Below, piece by piece: positions 24,587 to 32,000 of a DNA stretch of 32,000 nt; position 1 is the first letter of the stretch; each line of letters begins with the position of its first letter. Where the stretch lies: contig JAWBCC010000005.1 of assembly GCA_038823825.1 (NCBI GenBank), positions 1-32,000 of the forward strand, written 5' to 3'. Origin of the DNA: Candidatus Hadarchaeales archaeon (GTDB taxonomy: Archaea > Hadarchaeota > Hadarchaeia > Hadarchaeales > Hadarchaeaceae). The position numbers and the translations under genes are program-made. The notes beneath the pieces were generated by a model. That model made no database searches and had not been told where the DNA came from. It saw only the letters and a program-made list of their open reading frames with translations.

Positions 24587-25636
24587 CTACACTTTGCCTT
24601 GCTTTTTAATTTGCTTTCGTCTGTTTTCCATTTTCAGCCTTATACCCATATAACTAAGAACACATGCACCTATCGCAGAGCCAATAACGAGGATTATCAA
24701 ACGGTCAAAGATTGTCGCCAAACCGGCCTTGGCGATGGGAACTTTGGTTAAGACGAACACGGAGAAATATGTGACCTCCACGAGACCGAGACCGCCGGGA
24801 AGAAATGGGACCAAGCCGGCGAGTGGAGGAACTGTAAGCCCCAAAAGAAGGGTGATTATGGTAGGCGTATATCCCACACTTCTGAAGACAAGATAGAGCC
24901 GACAAAGGTTTAAAATCCAGAAAGTTAGGGAGAGAAAGAAAATTTTCGCAGCCGTACGCCAATTACTGAATACCTTTTGACCAGCATCGTAAAACTTTTT
25001 GACATCATGCTTTGATTTGCTTTTACTTCTGTGAAAAATCTTTGAGATCAAGGTGGGGAAGAATTTGCTGAGAAATTTTTCCCCGATTCTGCGCGGAAAG
25101 AAGTAAACCATCGCCAAAACTAAGGTTATAATAGAAGTCGACCAGGCAGCAATTATTGCGAGTCTCCAGCTAATGATTTCGAAAAGAGCGAGCAAAAGTC
25201 CAAGCATGAAGAATGAAGCGGAAATCGTAAGCTCGACTACATATTCTGAAACCGTTGCTGCTAAACTGTGTGAGATTGGTATGTCCTCGCGTTTCCTCAT
25301 GAGATAACTCCGCACTATCGGATCTCCAGCAACATAGGAAAGCGGAGTGATATTTGTTATAAATATGCTACCCAGGATTACCTGCCACGTCTTTAAAACG
25401 CTTATTCTCACGCCTGAAGCTGAAAGAGACACCTTCCATCTGAGAGATATTATGAATGTTCCAAGAAGATAGACTCCTATTGCTCCAAGAAAAAACACCA
25501 AGTTCAGGGTTGGAAGTGCCTCGGTTATTTTCCTGAAATCTACGGCGCTTGCCAAAAACCTGAAAAAAAAGAAACCCAAAATAATCGCCACAACTAACCA
25601 TAGGGCCGTCCTACTACCTTTCAAGGTCTCCCTCAA
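24587..25636 (-). CDS. Flippase-like / LPG-synthase-TM (UPF0104) family membrane protein
   Basis: 349 aa with about 8 TM helices. The N-terminal pattern LWLVVAIILGFFFF...LRWKV...SIFITNITPLSYVAGDPIVRSY is typical of UPF0104. Confidence 0.7.
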   Translation of the reverse strand: MRETLKGSRTALWLVVAIILGFFFFRFLASAVDFRKITEALPTLNLVFFLGAIGVYLLGTFIISLRWKVSLSASGVRISVLKTWQVILGSIFITNITPLSYVAGDPIVRSYLMRKREDIPISHSLAATVSEYVVELTISASFFMLGLLLALFEIISWRLAIIAAWSTSIITLVLAMVYFFPRRIGEKFLSKFFPTLISKIFHRSKSKSKHDVKKFYDAGQKVFSNWRTAAKIFFLSLTFWILNLCRLYLVFRSVGYTPTIITLLLGLTVPPLAGLVPFLPGGLGLVEVTYFSVFVLTKVPIAKAGLATIFDRLIILVIGSAIGACVLSYMGIRLKMENRRKQIKKQGKV

Positions 25637-25671
25637 ATACTTTTCACTAAAGTTTTTTGAGCTTTTTTAAG

Positions 25672-25746
25672 AGCCGCCGGTGGGATTTGAACCCACGATC
25701 TACCGCTTACGAGGCGGTCGCTGTAACCAGGCTCAGCTACGGCGGC
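25672..25746 (-). tRNA. tRNA-Thr (anticodon CGU)
   Basis: The reverse complement folds as acceptor GCCGCCG/CGGCGGC, D arm GCTG-AGCCTGGTTA-CAGC, anticodon stem ACCGC/GCGGT with loop CTCGTAA, and T arm GTGGG-TTCAAAT-CCCAC. The discriminator is U. There is no intron. Confidence 0.9.
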
Positions 25747-25773
25747 TCCGATTCTATTTTACTTGTAGTTCTG

Positions 25774-25781
25774 AAATATAT
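25774..25781 (-). promoter_or_regulatory. Putative TATA box for tRNA-Thr
   Basis: ATATATTT (minus-strand reading) is centred about 32 nt upstream of the tRNA 5-prime end. A second A/T box, TTTTTATTA at 25792-25800, is about 28 nt before ATG 25824 and suggests a nearly leaderless mRNA for the plus-strand gene. Confidence 0.35.
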
Positions 25782-25823
25782 CTTGCCCTACTTTTTATTA
25801 GAGAAAACCGAAAGAAAAAGAAG

Positions 25824-26366
25824 ATGAGAGAAGAGACGAAAAAACAACTCGTTTGGCTCTTTGTAATCGCTTTCTGGACGCTGGGGTTTTTCTTTTCTAG
25901 ATGGAGTAATCCTCCTGCTTTCGCCAAGGAAATCGGGAGATCCATCAGTGTACCACTTTCTGGAGATGCCTGGCTTCCGCTCGTCTACTTTCCCCTGACG
26001 GTCGTGGCATCATTTGTTCTCGCACAGCTGTTTTTCGGCGGCGGCATTATTTTCATGTTTTTCCGAGGGGTTTGGGATTCCACCGTGTTTTCTCGGTTAG
26101 AAGCTATTGTGGCGGAAACAAACCTCATATCTATCCAGTATGGCCAACTGTGGACGATGTTTTACTATCTCATGATTTTGGGATGCAATTTGCCGCTGTG
26201 TCTCTGGGCCGCACAACTTGGCGCTTCTCAATCCTTGAAAGTCTTAGAAAGGTTGCAGGGAAAGCTTGTGAGACCATCAGAAGAAGTTCGATGGAAAATG
26301 CTCATGCTAATCATTGCTTCCATCGTACTTGCAATTCCATCTTCCTTGGCTATTTCATATGCGTGA
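25824..26366 (+). CDS. Hypothetical integral membrane protein (4-5 TM helices)
   Basis: The start is moved to ATG 25824 (MREETKKQLVWLFVIAFW) because the track start at 25680 lies inside tRNA-Thr. No family was recognised. Confidence 0.6.
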   Translation: MREETKKQLVWLFVIAFWTLGFFFSRWSNPPAFAKEIGRSISVPLSGDAWLPLVYFPLTVVASFVLAQLFFGGGIIFMFFRGVWDSTVFSRLEAIVAETNLISIQYGQLWTMFYYLMILGCNLPLCLWAAQLGASQSLKVLERLQGKLVRPSEEVRWKMLMLIIASIVLAIPSSLAISYA

Positions 26367-26417
26367 CCCAGGGCCGAAGAAAAATTTAGTTATATATTTT
26401 GAAGCTCGTGCGTAAAG

Positions 26418-26426
26418 CTTTTAAAT
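26418..26426 (+). promoter_or_regulatory. Putative TATA box of the thermosome gene
   Basis: CTTTTAAAT lies about 55 nt upstream of ATG 26478, and SD TGAGGTGG is at 26464-26471. An alternative A/T box, TTTAGTTATATATTTT, is at 26385-26400. Confidence 0.3.
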
Positions 26427-26477
26427 CGTCCGGTTTTCTTTATTCAAATGGATAACTTGGTAATGAGGTGGAAGTAG

Positions 26478-28118
26478 ATGGCTAGCCAGCTTGCTGGAAC
26501 TCCAATCCTGATCTTGCCTGAGAAAGTTCAGAGATACATAGGTAGAGATGCTCAAAGGATGAACATAATGGCGGCCAGAGTCATTGCGGAGGCTGTCAGA
26601 ACCACCTTGGGTCCAAGAGGGATGGATAAGATGCTTGTTGACAACCTCGGGGATGTCACAATCACAAACGATGGGGTAACCATTTTGGATGAGATGGACG
26701 TAGAACATCCGGCTGCGAAGATGATGGTTGAGGCCTCCAAAACACAAGAAAATGAGGTCGGGGATGGAACTACCACGGTTGTAATTCTGGCTGGCGAACT
26801 TTTGAAGAGAGCAGAAGAACTACTCGATCAGAACTTCCATCCAAGCGTTATAATTTCCGGATACAGGAAAGCGGCCGAATATGCATGCAAGGTGCTAGAG
26901 AAAATAGCCAAACCCGTGACGAAAGACGATGATGAGACGCTCAAGAAAATTGCTCTAACGGCACTGAGCAGCAAGGGGACCGAGGCTAAAGGAGAAAAGC
27001 TCGCCGATCTGTGTGTGAAAGCTGTGAAACAGATTGTCGAGGAGGCAAACGGAAAGATTGAGGCCGACATAGATAATATAAAAGTCGAAAAGAAAACCGG
27101 TGGGAGTTCCGCAGATTCTCAGCTCATAACCGGAATCATTCTTGACAAGGAAGTTGTGCATCCCGGTATGCCAAAGAGAATAGAAAAAGCTAAAATCGCT
27201 CTGTTAAACCTTGCGCTGGAGGTTAAAGAAACAGAAACTGATGCGAAAATAAACATAACTTCGCCTGAGCAACTGAAAAGCTTCATGGAAGAGGAAAGAC
27301 GCATGTTGAAGGATATGGTTGACAAGATAAAATCCGTAGGTGCAAACGTTGTGTTCTGTCAGAAGGGAATTGATGATGTCGCGCAACACTATCTCGCGAA
27401 GGCCAAAATATTGGCCGTTAGAAGGGTAAAGGAATCTGACATGGAAAAGCTCGCAAGAGCAACTGGTGGAAAAATTGTAACAAATATAAAGGATCTTACC
27501 CCGGCCGATCTGGGCGAAGCTGAACTTGTTGAGGAGCGAAAGATTGCTGGAGAAGACATGGTGTTTATCGAAGGATGTAAGAATCCGAGATCTGTGAGTA
27601 TCCTGGTCAGGGGCGGCACGGAACACGTTGTTGACGAAATCGAAAGAGCCGTGCACGATGCTTTGTCTGTGATTTCCGCATCGATTGAGGATGGGAAAAT
27701 AGTGGGTGGAGGTGGAGCTCCAGAAGTAGAGGTTGCCAAAGAACTTAGAAAGTTTGCTGACACCGTGGGGGGAAGAGAAGCGATAGCAATCAATGCTTTT
27801 GCAGATTCACTTGAGATCGTGCCAAAAACGTTGGCGGAGAACGCGGGGATGGATCCGATTGACATTCTAGTCAAACTGCGTGCTGCACATGAAAAGCCAA
27901 ACGGAGAGGTCATGGGACTGAATGTCTTCACAGGAGAGATCGTAGACACTGTGAAAGCTGGGATAATTGAGCCAATTAGAGTAAAAGTGCAGGCGATCAA
28001 ATCGGCTACTGAAGTTTCCGAGATGATTTTGAGAATCGATGACGTGATTGCTGCCGTAAAACTTGAAAAGGAAGAAAAGGAGAAAAAAGAAACAAAGCCA
28101 CCTACTCCAGAATTCTAA
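26478..28118 (+). CDS. ths: Thermosome subunit (group II chaperonin)
   Basis: [63 protein letters not shown] and VGGGGAPE are present. The C-terminal tail is Lys/Glu-rich. Confidence 0.95.
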   Translation: MASQLAGTPILILPEKVQRYIGRDAQRMNIMAARVIAEAVRTTLGPRGMDKMLVDNLGDVTITNDGVTILDEMDVEHPAAKMMVEASKTQENEVGDGTTTVVILAGELLKRAEELLDQNFHPSVIISGYRKAAEYACKVLEKIAKPVTKDDDETLKKIALTALSSKGTEAKGEKLADLCVKAVKQIVEEANGKIEADIDNIKVEKKTGGSSADSQLITGIILDKEVVHPGMPKRIEKAKIALLNLALEVKETETDAKINITSPEQLKSFMEEERRMLKDMVDKIKSVGANVVFCQKGIDDVAQHYLAKAKILAVRRVKESDMEKLARATGGKIVTNIKDLTPADLGEAELVEERKIAGEDMVFIEGCKNPRSVSILVRGGTEHVVDEIERAVHDALSVISASIEDGKIVGGGGAPEVEVAKELRKFADTVGGREAIAINAFADSLEIVPKTLAENAGMDPIDILVKLRAAHEKPNGEVMGLNVFTGEIVDTVKAGIIEPIRVKVQAIKSATEVSEMILRIDDVIAAVKLEKEEKEKKETKPPTPEF

Positions 28119-28137
28119 ACTAAAAGGGGGTCACAAT

Positions 28138-28341
28138 ATTTTTCCAGAAAAATACACGAGATATGAAAAAGCCAGAATAATCGGCGCCCGAGCTCTTCAG
28201 ATTTCCTTAGGTGCACCGATTTTGATCAACCCTCCAAAAGGAATAACAGATCCTGTGGAGATAGCTCTCTACGAATTCGAGCAAGGGGTTATACCCATAA
28301 CGGTTATTAGAAGATTACCCGACGAGAGAATTCGCACATAA
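28138..28341 (+). CDS. rpoK: DNA-directed RNA polymerase subunit K (Rpo6)
   Basis: [56 protein letters not shown] is collinear with Thermococcales RpoK. The start is uncertain. The only canonical in-frame start is TTG 28063, inside the thermosome gene. ATT 28138 is preceded by GGGGG with a 7 nt spacer (see findings). Confidence 0.85.
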   Translation: MFPEKYTRYEKARIIGARALQISLGAPILINPPKGITDPVEIALYEFEQGVIPITVIRRLPDERIRT

Positions 28342-28382
28342 GCAGCAAACTAAAAAGTTAGACTCGTGATATTTTTTCTGAG

Positions 28383-29411
28383 ATGGGGGTCCAGATTTCA
28401 GACATCGTCCCGGCAGATGAAGTACTCCTCGAGGAGCTTAGAGGGAAAACTATTGCTATAGATGCGATGAATTTTCTCTATCAATTTCTCTCAATAATCA
28501 GGCAGAGAGACGGAGAGCTTCTAAGAGACTCCAAGGGAAGGATAACCTCTCATCTCTCCGGACTTTTTTACAGAACAGCAAACTTCATCGAGCTTGGAAT
28601 AAAACCGATTTATGTATTTGATGGTGCTCCACCAATTCTGAAACTCAAAACCGTTGAAGAGAGAAAAATGGCAAGAATCGATGCTGAAAGGGAATGGAAA
28701 AAAGCCCTTGAAGAAGGTCGGATAGAAGAGGCAAGAAAATTCGCACAGCGGGCGGGAAGGGTCGATGAAGAAATGATTAGGCAGGCAAAAACGTTGCTTG
28801 ATTACATGGGCGTACCTTGGGTTCAAGCTCCGGGCGAGGGTGAAGCTCAAGCAGCCCGGATAGTTCAAAGGGGAGATGCTTGGGCGGTTGGTAGTCAAGA
28901 TTACGATGCTCTTCTGTTTGGGGCACCGAGACTCGTGAGAAATCTAGCAATAACCGGAAAGAGAAAGCTGCCTGGGAAGGATGTTTACATCGACGTAAAG
29001 CCTGAGATAGTAGAGCTTGAGAGAACTCTTAAAACATTGGGGATAACGAGAGAGCAACTTGTTGGAATAGGGATTTTAGTTGGAACCGATTACAATGAGG
29101 GAATAAAAGGCATAGGACCGAAAAAAGCACTTGCGCTCGTCAAGCAGTACGCTTCTTTAAGTGAACTTTTGCAAACCGAGTTTGCTGAGAAGTTTGAGGT
29201 AGATCCATTCAAGGTGGCTGAAATATTTCTCAAGCCGGAGGTTACAGACGACTACGAAATCAGAGAAAAAAAACCAAATCCAGATAAGATAAAAGAGTTC
29301 CTCTGCGAGGAGCATGACTTCTCGGAAGATCGAGTAGAAAAGGGTATAGAGAAAATCACAAAAGGTTTGGAGAAATCCACGCAAACTTCGTTAGAACGCT
29401 GGTTCTCATAG
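28383..29411 (+). CDS. fen: Flap endonuclease 1
   Basis: MGVQISDIVP, IAIDAMNFLYQFL, SHLSGLFYRT, YVFDG, GEGEAQAA, SQDYDALLFGAP and GTDYN are present. The C-terminal PIP-like motif is QTSLERWF. Confidence 0.95.
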   Translation: MGVQISDIVPADEVLLEELRGKTIAIDAMNFLYQFLSIIRQRDGELLRDSKGRITSHLSGLFYRTANFIELGIKPIYVFDGAPPILKLKTVEERKMARIDAEREWKKALEEGRIEEARKFAQRAGRVDEEMIRQAKTLLDYMGVPWVQAPGEGEAQAARIVQRGDAWAVGSQDYDALLFGAPRLVRNLAITGKRKLPGKDVYIDVKPEIVELERTLKTLGITREQLVGIGILVGTDYNEGIKGIGPKKALALVKQYASLSELLQTEFAEKFEVDPFKVAEIFLKPEVTDDYEIREKKPNPDKIKEFLCEEHDFSEDRVEKGIEKITKGLEKSTQTSLERWFS

Positions 29412-30068
29412 CCGTTCCTTCCATCCATATTCGCCTATTAGCGGGACAAACGCACATCCTCCATATTCTTCTGTTTTCAATTTTCCGTTTTTCTTTTCAA
29501 GAACTGTCCAAGTCTGAAACATCTCGTGTCTGCCTAGCGGAAGTCCCATTTTCCCGCCCTTTGCTAGTTGTTCTATGAGGGGACGTGGAGGCTCTGGAGC
29601 ACAAGCCGTTACGAGTATTCTATCCCATGGAGCTTCCTTCGCGTAACCGAGAGTTCCATCACCGAGGACGATTGAAACATGAGCGTAACCTGTGCGTTTG
29701 AGGTTATCCTTCGCGAAATTGGCGAGTTCTGGTATTCTTTCGATGGAAACAACTCTCCCGTTTTTTCCAACGACCTCCGCCAGCAGAGCTGCGTTGTAAC
29801 CTGAGCCCGCGCCTATTTCGAGCACTTTCTGGTTTGGCTTAAGGTCAAGCGTTTCCATCATTATCGCAATCATGCTTGGAGCGGAGATTGTCTGCCCGTA
29901 CCCGATCGGTAATGGTTGATCGGAGTATGCGTATTCGCGCAGTTCTTCTGGCACGAATTCGTGTCTCGGAACTTTGCGGAAAGCCTCGATTATCTTTGGA
30001 GTCTTTAGATATCCAAGTGAGATGAGGGTTTTGACAAGTCTCTCCCTTTCGTTCTCAAAATCAAGCAT
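29406..30068 (-). CDS. pcm: Protein-L-isoaspartate O-methyltransferase
   Basis: PRHEFVP, GQTISAPSMIAIMMETL and VLEIGAGSGYNAALLAEVVG are present. Confidence 0.9.
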   Translation of the reverse strand: MLDFENERERLVKTLISLGYLKTPKIIEAFRKVPRHEFVPEELREYAYSDQPLPIGYGQTISAPSMIAIMMETLDLKPNQKVLEIGAGSGYNAALLAEVVGKNGRVVSIERIPELANFAKDNLKRTGYAHVSIVLGDGTLGYAKEAPWDRILVTACAPEPPRPLIEQLAKGGKMGLPLGRHEMFQTWTVLEKKNGKLKTEEYGGCAFVPLIGEYGWKERL

Positions 30069-30112
30069 TCAATAGTTAAATCTCCCTTCTCCTCTAAAAA
30101 ATTTGAAGTCTG

Positions 30113-30526
30113 ATGAAATGGATAATCCGCGCTAGAGGTCATCCAAACATTACGGCAAAACATCCAACAACGTTCATGTTGACGATGGAGAAGGAGATCG
30201 GTCCGCGTGCGGATTGTGTTGTTGGAGTGCAAGCTGAGACCGGAGCAGCTGGACTTGACCAAAATTTGAAGAAACTCTTGAAATCCGGAGCTACCGTCAA
30301 GCTCTTGATCTCCTGTGGGGGGGTTCGTGAGGAAGTCTTGGCTAAAGGGCATCCCTCCCTCTCTTTCGACCATCCAACCGATATCGTCGTCAGAAAAAGT
30401 TCGTACACATGCGGGCGGACTATTGCTATCTTGGCGGACAAGGGGGCAGCGGATTTTTCCAGAGAACTTGTCGAAAAACTGCAACATCCAAACGAAGTTT
30501 TGCTGACGATAGAAATCTTACTTTAG
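30113..30526 (+). CDS. DUF371-family protein (archaeal, function unknown)
   Basis: ARGHPNITAKHPTTFMLT near the N-terminus matches my memory of the DUF371 signature. 137 aa. Confidence 0.65.
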   Translation: MKWIIRARGHPNITAKHPTTFMLTMEKEIGPRADCVVGVQAETGAAGLDQNLKKLLKSGATVKLLISCGGVREEVLAKGHPSLSFDHPTDIVVRKSSYTCGRTIAILADKGAADFSRELVEKLQHPNEVLLTIEILL

Positions 30527-30691
30527 TTCCAGGATTTCTAAGAGGTCCTCTGGCAAAAGATAGGGAATACCATCGATTATGGGATACTTACGGCCACATT
30601 TCTTACAGATCAGATTATTTTTCCTCTTCTGCAGATCTCCCTTGCAAACGGGGCAAACGATTATCTCTAGAATTTTTCGATCCAATTTCAC
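30518..30691 (-). CDS. Trm112-family small zinc-ribbon protein
   Basis: LEIIVCPVCKGDL...LICKKCGRKYPIIDGIPYLLPE is present. The start is set at GTG 30691 (57 aa) because the longer track ORF overlaps the upstream PAP2 gene. Confidence 0.75.
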   Translation of the reverse strand: MKLDRKILEIIVCPVCKGDLQKRKNNLICKKCGRKYPIIDGIPYLLPEDLLEILELK

Positions 30692-30695
30692 AAAC

Positions 30696-31352
30696 TTACA
30701 TCTCTCCTGGTTCAAATATCTTTTTTCCCAAATTTGTCTTCGCGAGGAATTTGACCGCCAGATATCCGGCAAGAGAGTAACCCATTCCCCCCACAATATC
30801 CTGCCAGTAGTGCTCACCTAGATATATCGTTGAGAATGTCAGAAGAATAAACACGATGACCCAAACTGCAAAAATTCTCCTTCCGTATGATCTGACAAAA
30901 AGAGTTGCTGAGAGAGAGTTTGCCACGTGTAGGCTGGGAAACGCTCCATAAGGATATGGGTTGGCGACCTCGCTTATGCCAAACATTTCGCGTCTGACAT
31001 CTCTCACACCGTTTACTGCCATCCTCGGAGGTGCAACAGGAAACAACCACCAAGTTAGCATGGAGATCGACTGTACAAAAATAAAAACCGCCAAATATCT
31101 TTCTAGTCTTGGTGCATCCCTCTTCAGAAAAATGTAAATTCCGGTTCCGTATATCATCATAATGTATCCGAGAGAATAGACCAGAAGCATAAAGATGTCA
31201 AAGTAACGGGAGGATAGGCGATCTTGGAGAAAAAGGACATCTTCGCCGCCGAAAGAATGCGGGTTGACTGGAGAAGGAAGCATTCGTGGGACGATTTCAT
31301 AAATGGCGGTTGCTATGGCTAGAAGAAGCAGTAGCTTCAGGATTTTTCTCAT
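30696..31352 (-). CDS. PAP2-superfamily membrane phosphatase/phosphotransferase (PAP2_3 / Aur1-like)
   Basis: Six TM helices. FPVAPPRM, FPSLH (PSGH-type motif) and LGEHYWQD (Hx3D motif) are present. Confidence 0.8.
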   Translation of the reverse strand: MRKILKLLLLLAIATAIYEIVPRMLPSPVNPHSFGGEDVLFLQDRLSSRYFDIFMLLVYSLGYIMMIYGTGIYIFLKRDAPRLERYLAVFIFVQSISMLTWWLFPVAPPRMAVNGVRDVRREMFGISEVANPYPYGAFPSLHVANSLSATLFVRSYGRRIFAVWVIVFILLTFSTIYLGEHYWQDIVGGMGYSLAGYLAVKFLAKTNLGKKIFEPGEM

Positions 31353-31414
31353 GGAGGATACCTCAAAAACTTTGATGCTCGGAGTTTTAAGTTCTAGTGT
31401 AGATTTGCAGCTTG

Positions 31415-32000
31415 ATGAAAAGCGGATACGTTGGGGAGATTTTCAGCTCCATACAAGGGGAAGGTCTATATGTTGGAAGAAGGCAGGTTTTCGTTAGGTT
31501 TGCCGGGTGTAATCTTTCATGCGTCTACTGTGACACCGTTAAGTTCAGAAAACCGGCGAAATATTGTAGGATAGAAAAAGCCGGAAAATCGGAAATCCGC
31601 AAAAATCCGATGAAATCGGTGGAAATTTTTGAGGAGGTGCTCAGACTTGCAACACCTGACATCCACTCCGTGTCCCTGACTGGCGGGGAGCCTCTTATGG
31701 CGGCAGAGCTGGCGGGAGAAGTTGCCAAACTCTGCAAGAAGGCCTCTTTGCCGGTTTATCTGGAAACCAACGGAAGTGTGCCTGAGGCAATGAAAAAAAT
31801 CGTGAAGTTTATAGACTACGCCTCCATCGACGTAAAGTTGCCAGAACACAAATCTGTTAAACCTGGAGAATGGGAATCCCTCTTCAAAAAAGAACTCTCC
31901 TGTGTGAGGATCGCCAGAAAAAAAGCTGAAACTTTTGTGAAAATTGTGGTTCTGCCAAACACAAAAGAAACTACGATTTTTTCGGTTTGCAAAGAAATCG
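31415..32000 (+). CDS. queE: 7-carboxy-7-deazaguanine synthase QueE (radical SAM), 3-prime end beyond the window
   Basis: Not in the ORF track because it has no stop in the window. My translation from ATG 31415 gives MKSGYVGEIFSSIQGEGLYVGRRQVFVRFAGCNLSCVYCDT...SLTGGEPL...YLETNGS, open to base 32000. Confidence 0.9.
   Translation, partial: MKSGYVGEIFSSIQGEGLYVGRRQVFVRFAGCNLSCVYCDTVKFRKPAKYCRIEKAGKSEIRKNPMKSVEIFEEVLRLATPDIHSVSLTGGEPLMAAELAGEVAKLCKKASLPVYLETNGSVPEAMKKIVKFIDYASIDVKLPEHKSVKPGEWESLFKKELSCVRIARKKAETFVKIVVLPNTKETTIFSVCKEI

Noticed and set aside
25680-25823. The upstream extension of the membrane-protein ORF (MGFEPTIYRLRGGRC...)
   Set aside because: This extension is the antisense of tRNA-Thr plus its promoter region. 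ATG 25824 gives a sensible N-terminus.
26385-26430. A heat-shock regulator (Phr-type) operator upstream of the thermosome gene, and a Thermococcales glycolytic motif (TATCAC-N5-GTGATA) upstream of fbp (22313-22417)
   Set aside because: I could not align either consensus as I remember it. Only generic A/T-rich TATA-like boxes and the small palindrome AAAGCTTT are present.
27389-28000. A 203-aa minus-strand ORF inside the thermosome gene. Similar long antisense ORFs occur at 17944-18495, 2226-2723, 15766-16245, 24127-24609, 12456-12887, 4928-5413, 9026-9379 and 30005-30487.
   Set aside because: Each lies entirely inside a strongly supported gene on the other strand. All have low-complexity Ser/Pro/Thr/Phe-rich composition and no motifs. 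They are typical shadow ORFs of purine-rich coding strands.
31353-31414. A possible C/D-box sRNA in the PAP2/queE intergenic region (TTGATGC and CTTGATGAAA resemble C boxes)
   Set aside because: No matching D box (CTGA) or terminal stem lies at a suitable distance. The second TGATGA-like string is simply the queE start region.
1-32000. A search for CRISPR arrays, IS elements/transposases, integrases next to the two tRNAs, toxin-antitoxin pairs and known defence genes
   Set aside because: By eye I saw no regularly spaced direct repeats, no transposase, integrase or recombinase-like ORFs, and no duplicated tRNA 3-prime halves (att sites) near 16392-16464 or 25672-25746. The gene content is housekeeping. 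A computational repeat search could still find short repeats that I missed.
4793-32000. In-frame stop codons suggesting selenocysteine, pyrrolysine or programmed frameshifts; inteins; tRNA introns
   Set aside because: All conserved genes read through uninterrupted at normal lengths. Both tRNAs fold without introns. No Cys/Ser...HN intein boundary insertions were seen in the thermosome, FEN-1, RnfC or other genes.

Overview
This is a compact archaeal chromosomal segment. The archaeal assignment rests on a group II chaperonin (thermosome), FEN-1, RNA polymerase subunit K, class V FBP aldolase/phosphatase, Trm1, a FlaK-type prepilin peptidase, Thermococcales-style HypA plus Mrp-type HypB, and archaeal-style TATA and Shine-Dalgarno (SD) signals. 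I call 41 protein genes and 2 tRNAs. Two of the genes run off the window edges and are absent from the ORF track. Coding density is above 90 percent. Many same-strand genes overlap by 4 bp (ATGA), and four convergent gene pairs overlap at their 3-prime ends.

Main blocks:
- 1-4719 (minus): a giant secreted multi-propeller protein, a FlaK-like peptidase and a small membrane-anchored protein.
- 4793-9461 (plus): a complete rnfCDGEAB operon.
- 9442-11565 (minus): a 13-TM MOP/Wzx-like transporter domain fused to an ApbE flavin transferase.
- nadX-nadC.
- hypA plus a Mrp/MinD-type ATPase.
- An operon of GT4 glycosyltransferase, CE4 deacetylase and two paralogous small membrane proteins.
- An RNA-modification operon: QueD-like, DUF123 (GIY-YIG), RlmE, Trm1.
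- Housekeeping genes: fbp, thermosome, rpoK, fen, pcm, queE.

I saw no CRISPR array, transposase, integrase, prophage remnant or recognisable defence island.

The best candidate for something undescribed is the MOP-transporter/ApbE fusion next to rnf, which could couple flavin export to flavinylation. Secondary candidates are the tandem small-membrane-protein pair with GT4/CE4, the pilin-like/FlaK/giant-propeller cluster, DUF123 embedded in an RNA-modification operon, and two conserved genes that seem to start at near-cognate codons.

All family assignments come from motif-level recognition of the translated sequence. No database search was possible.
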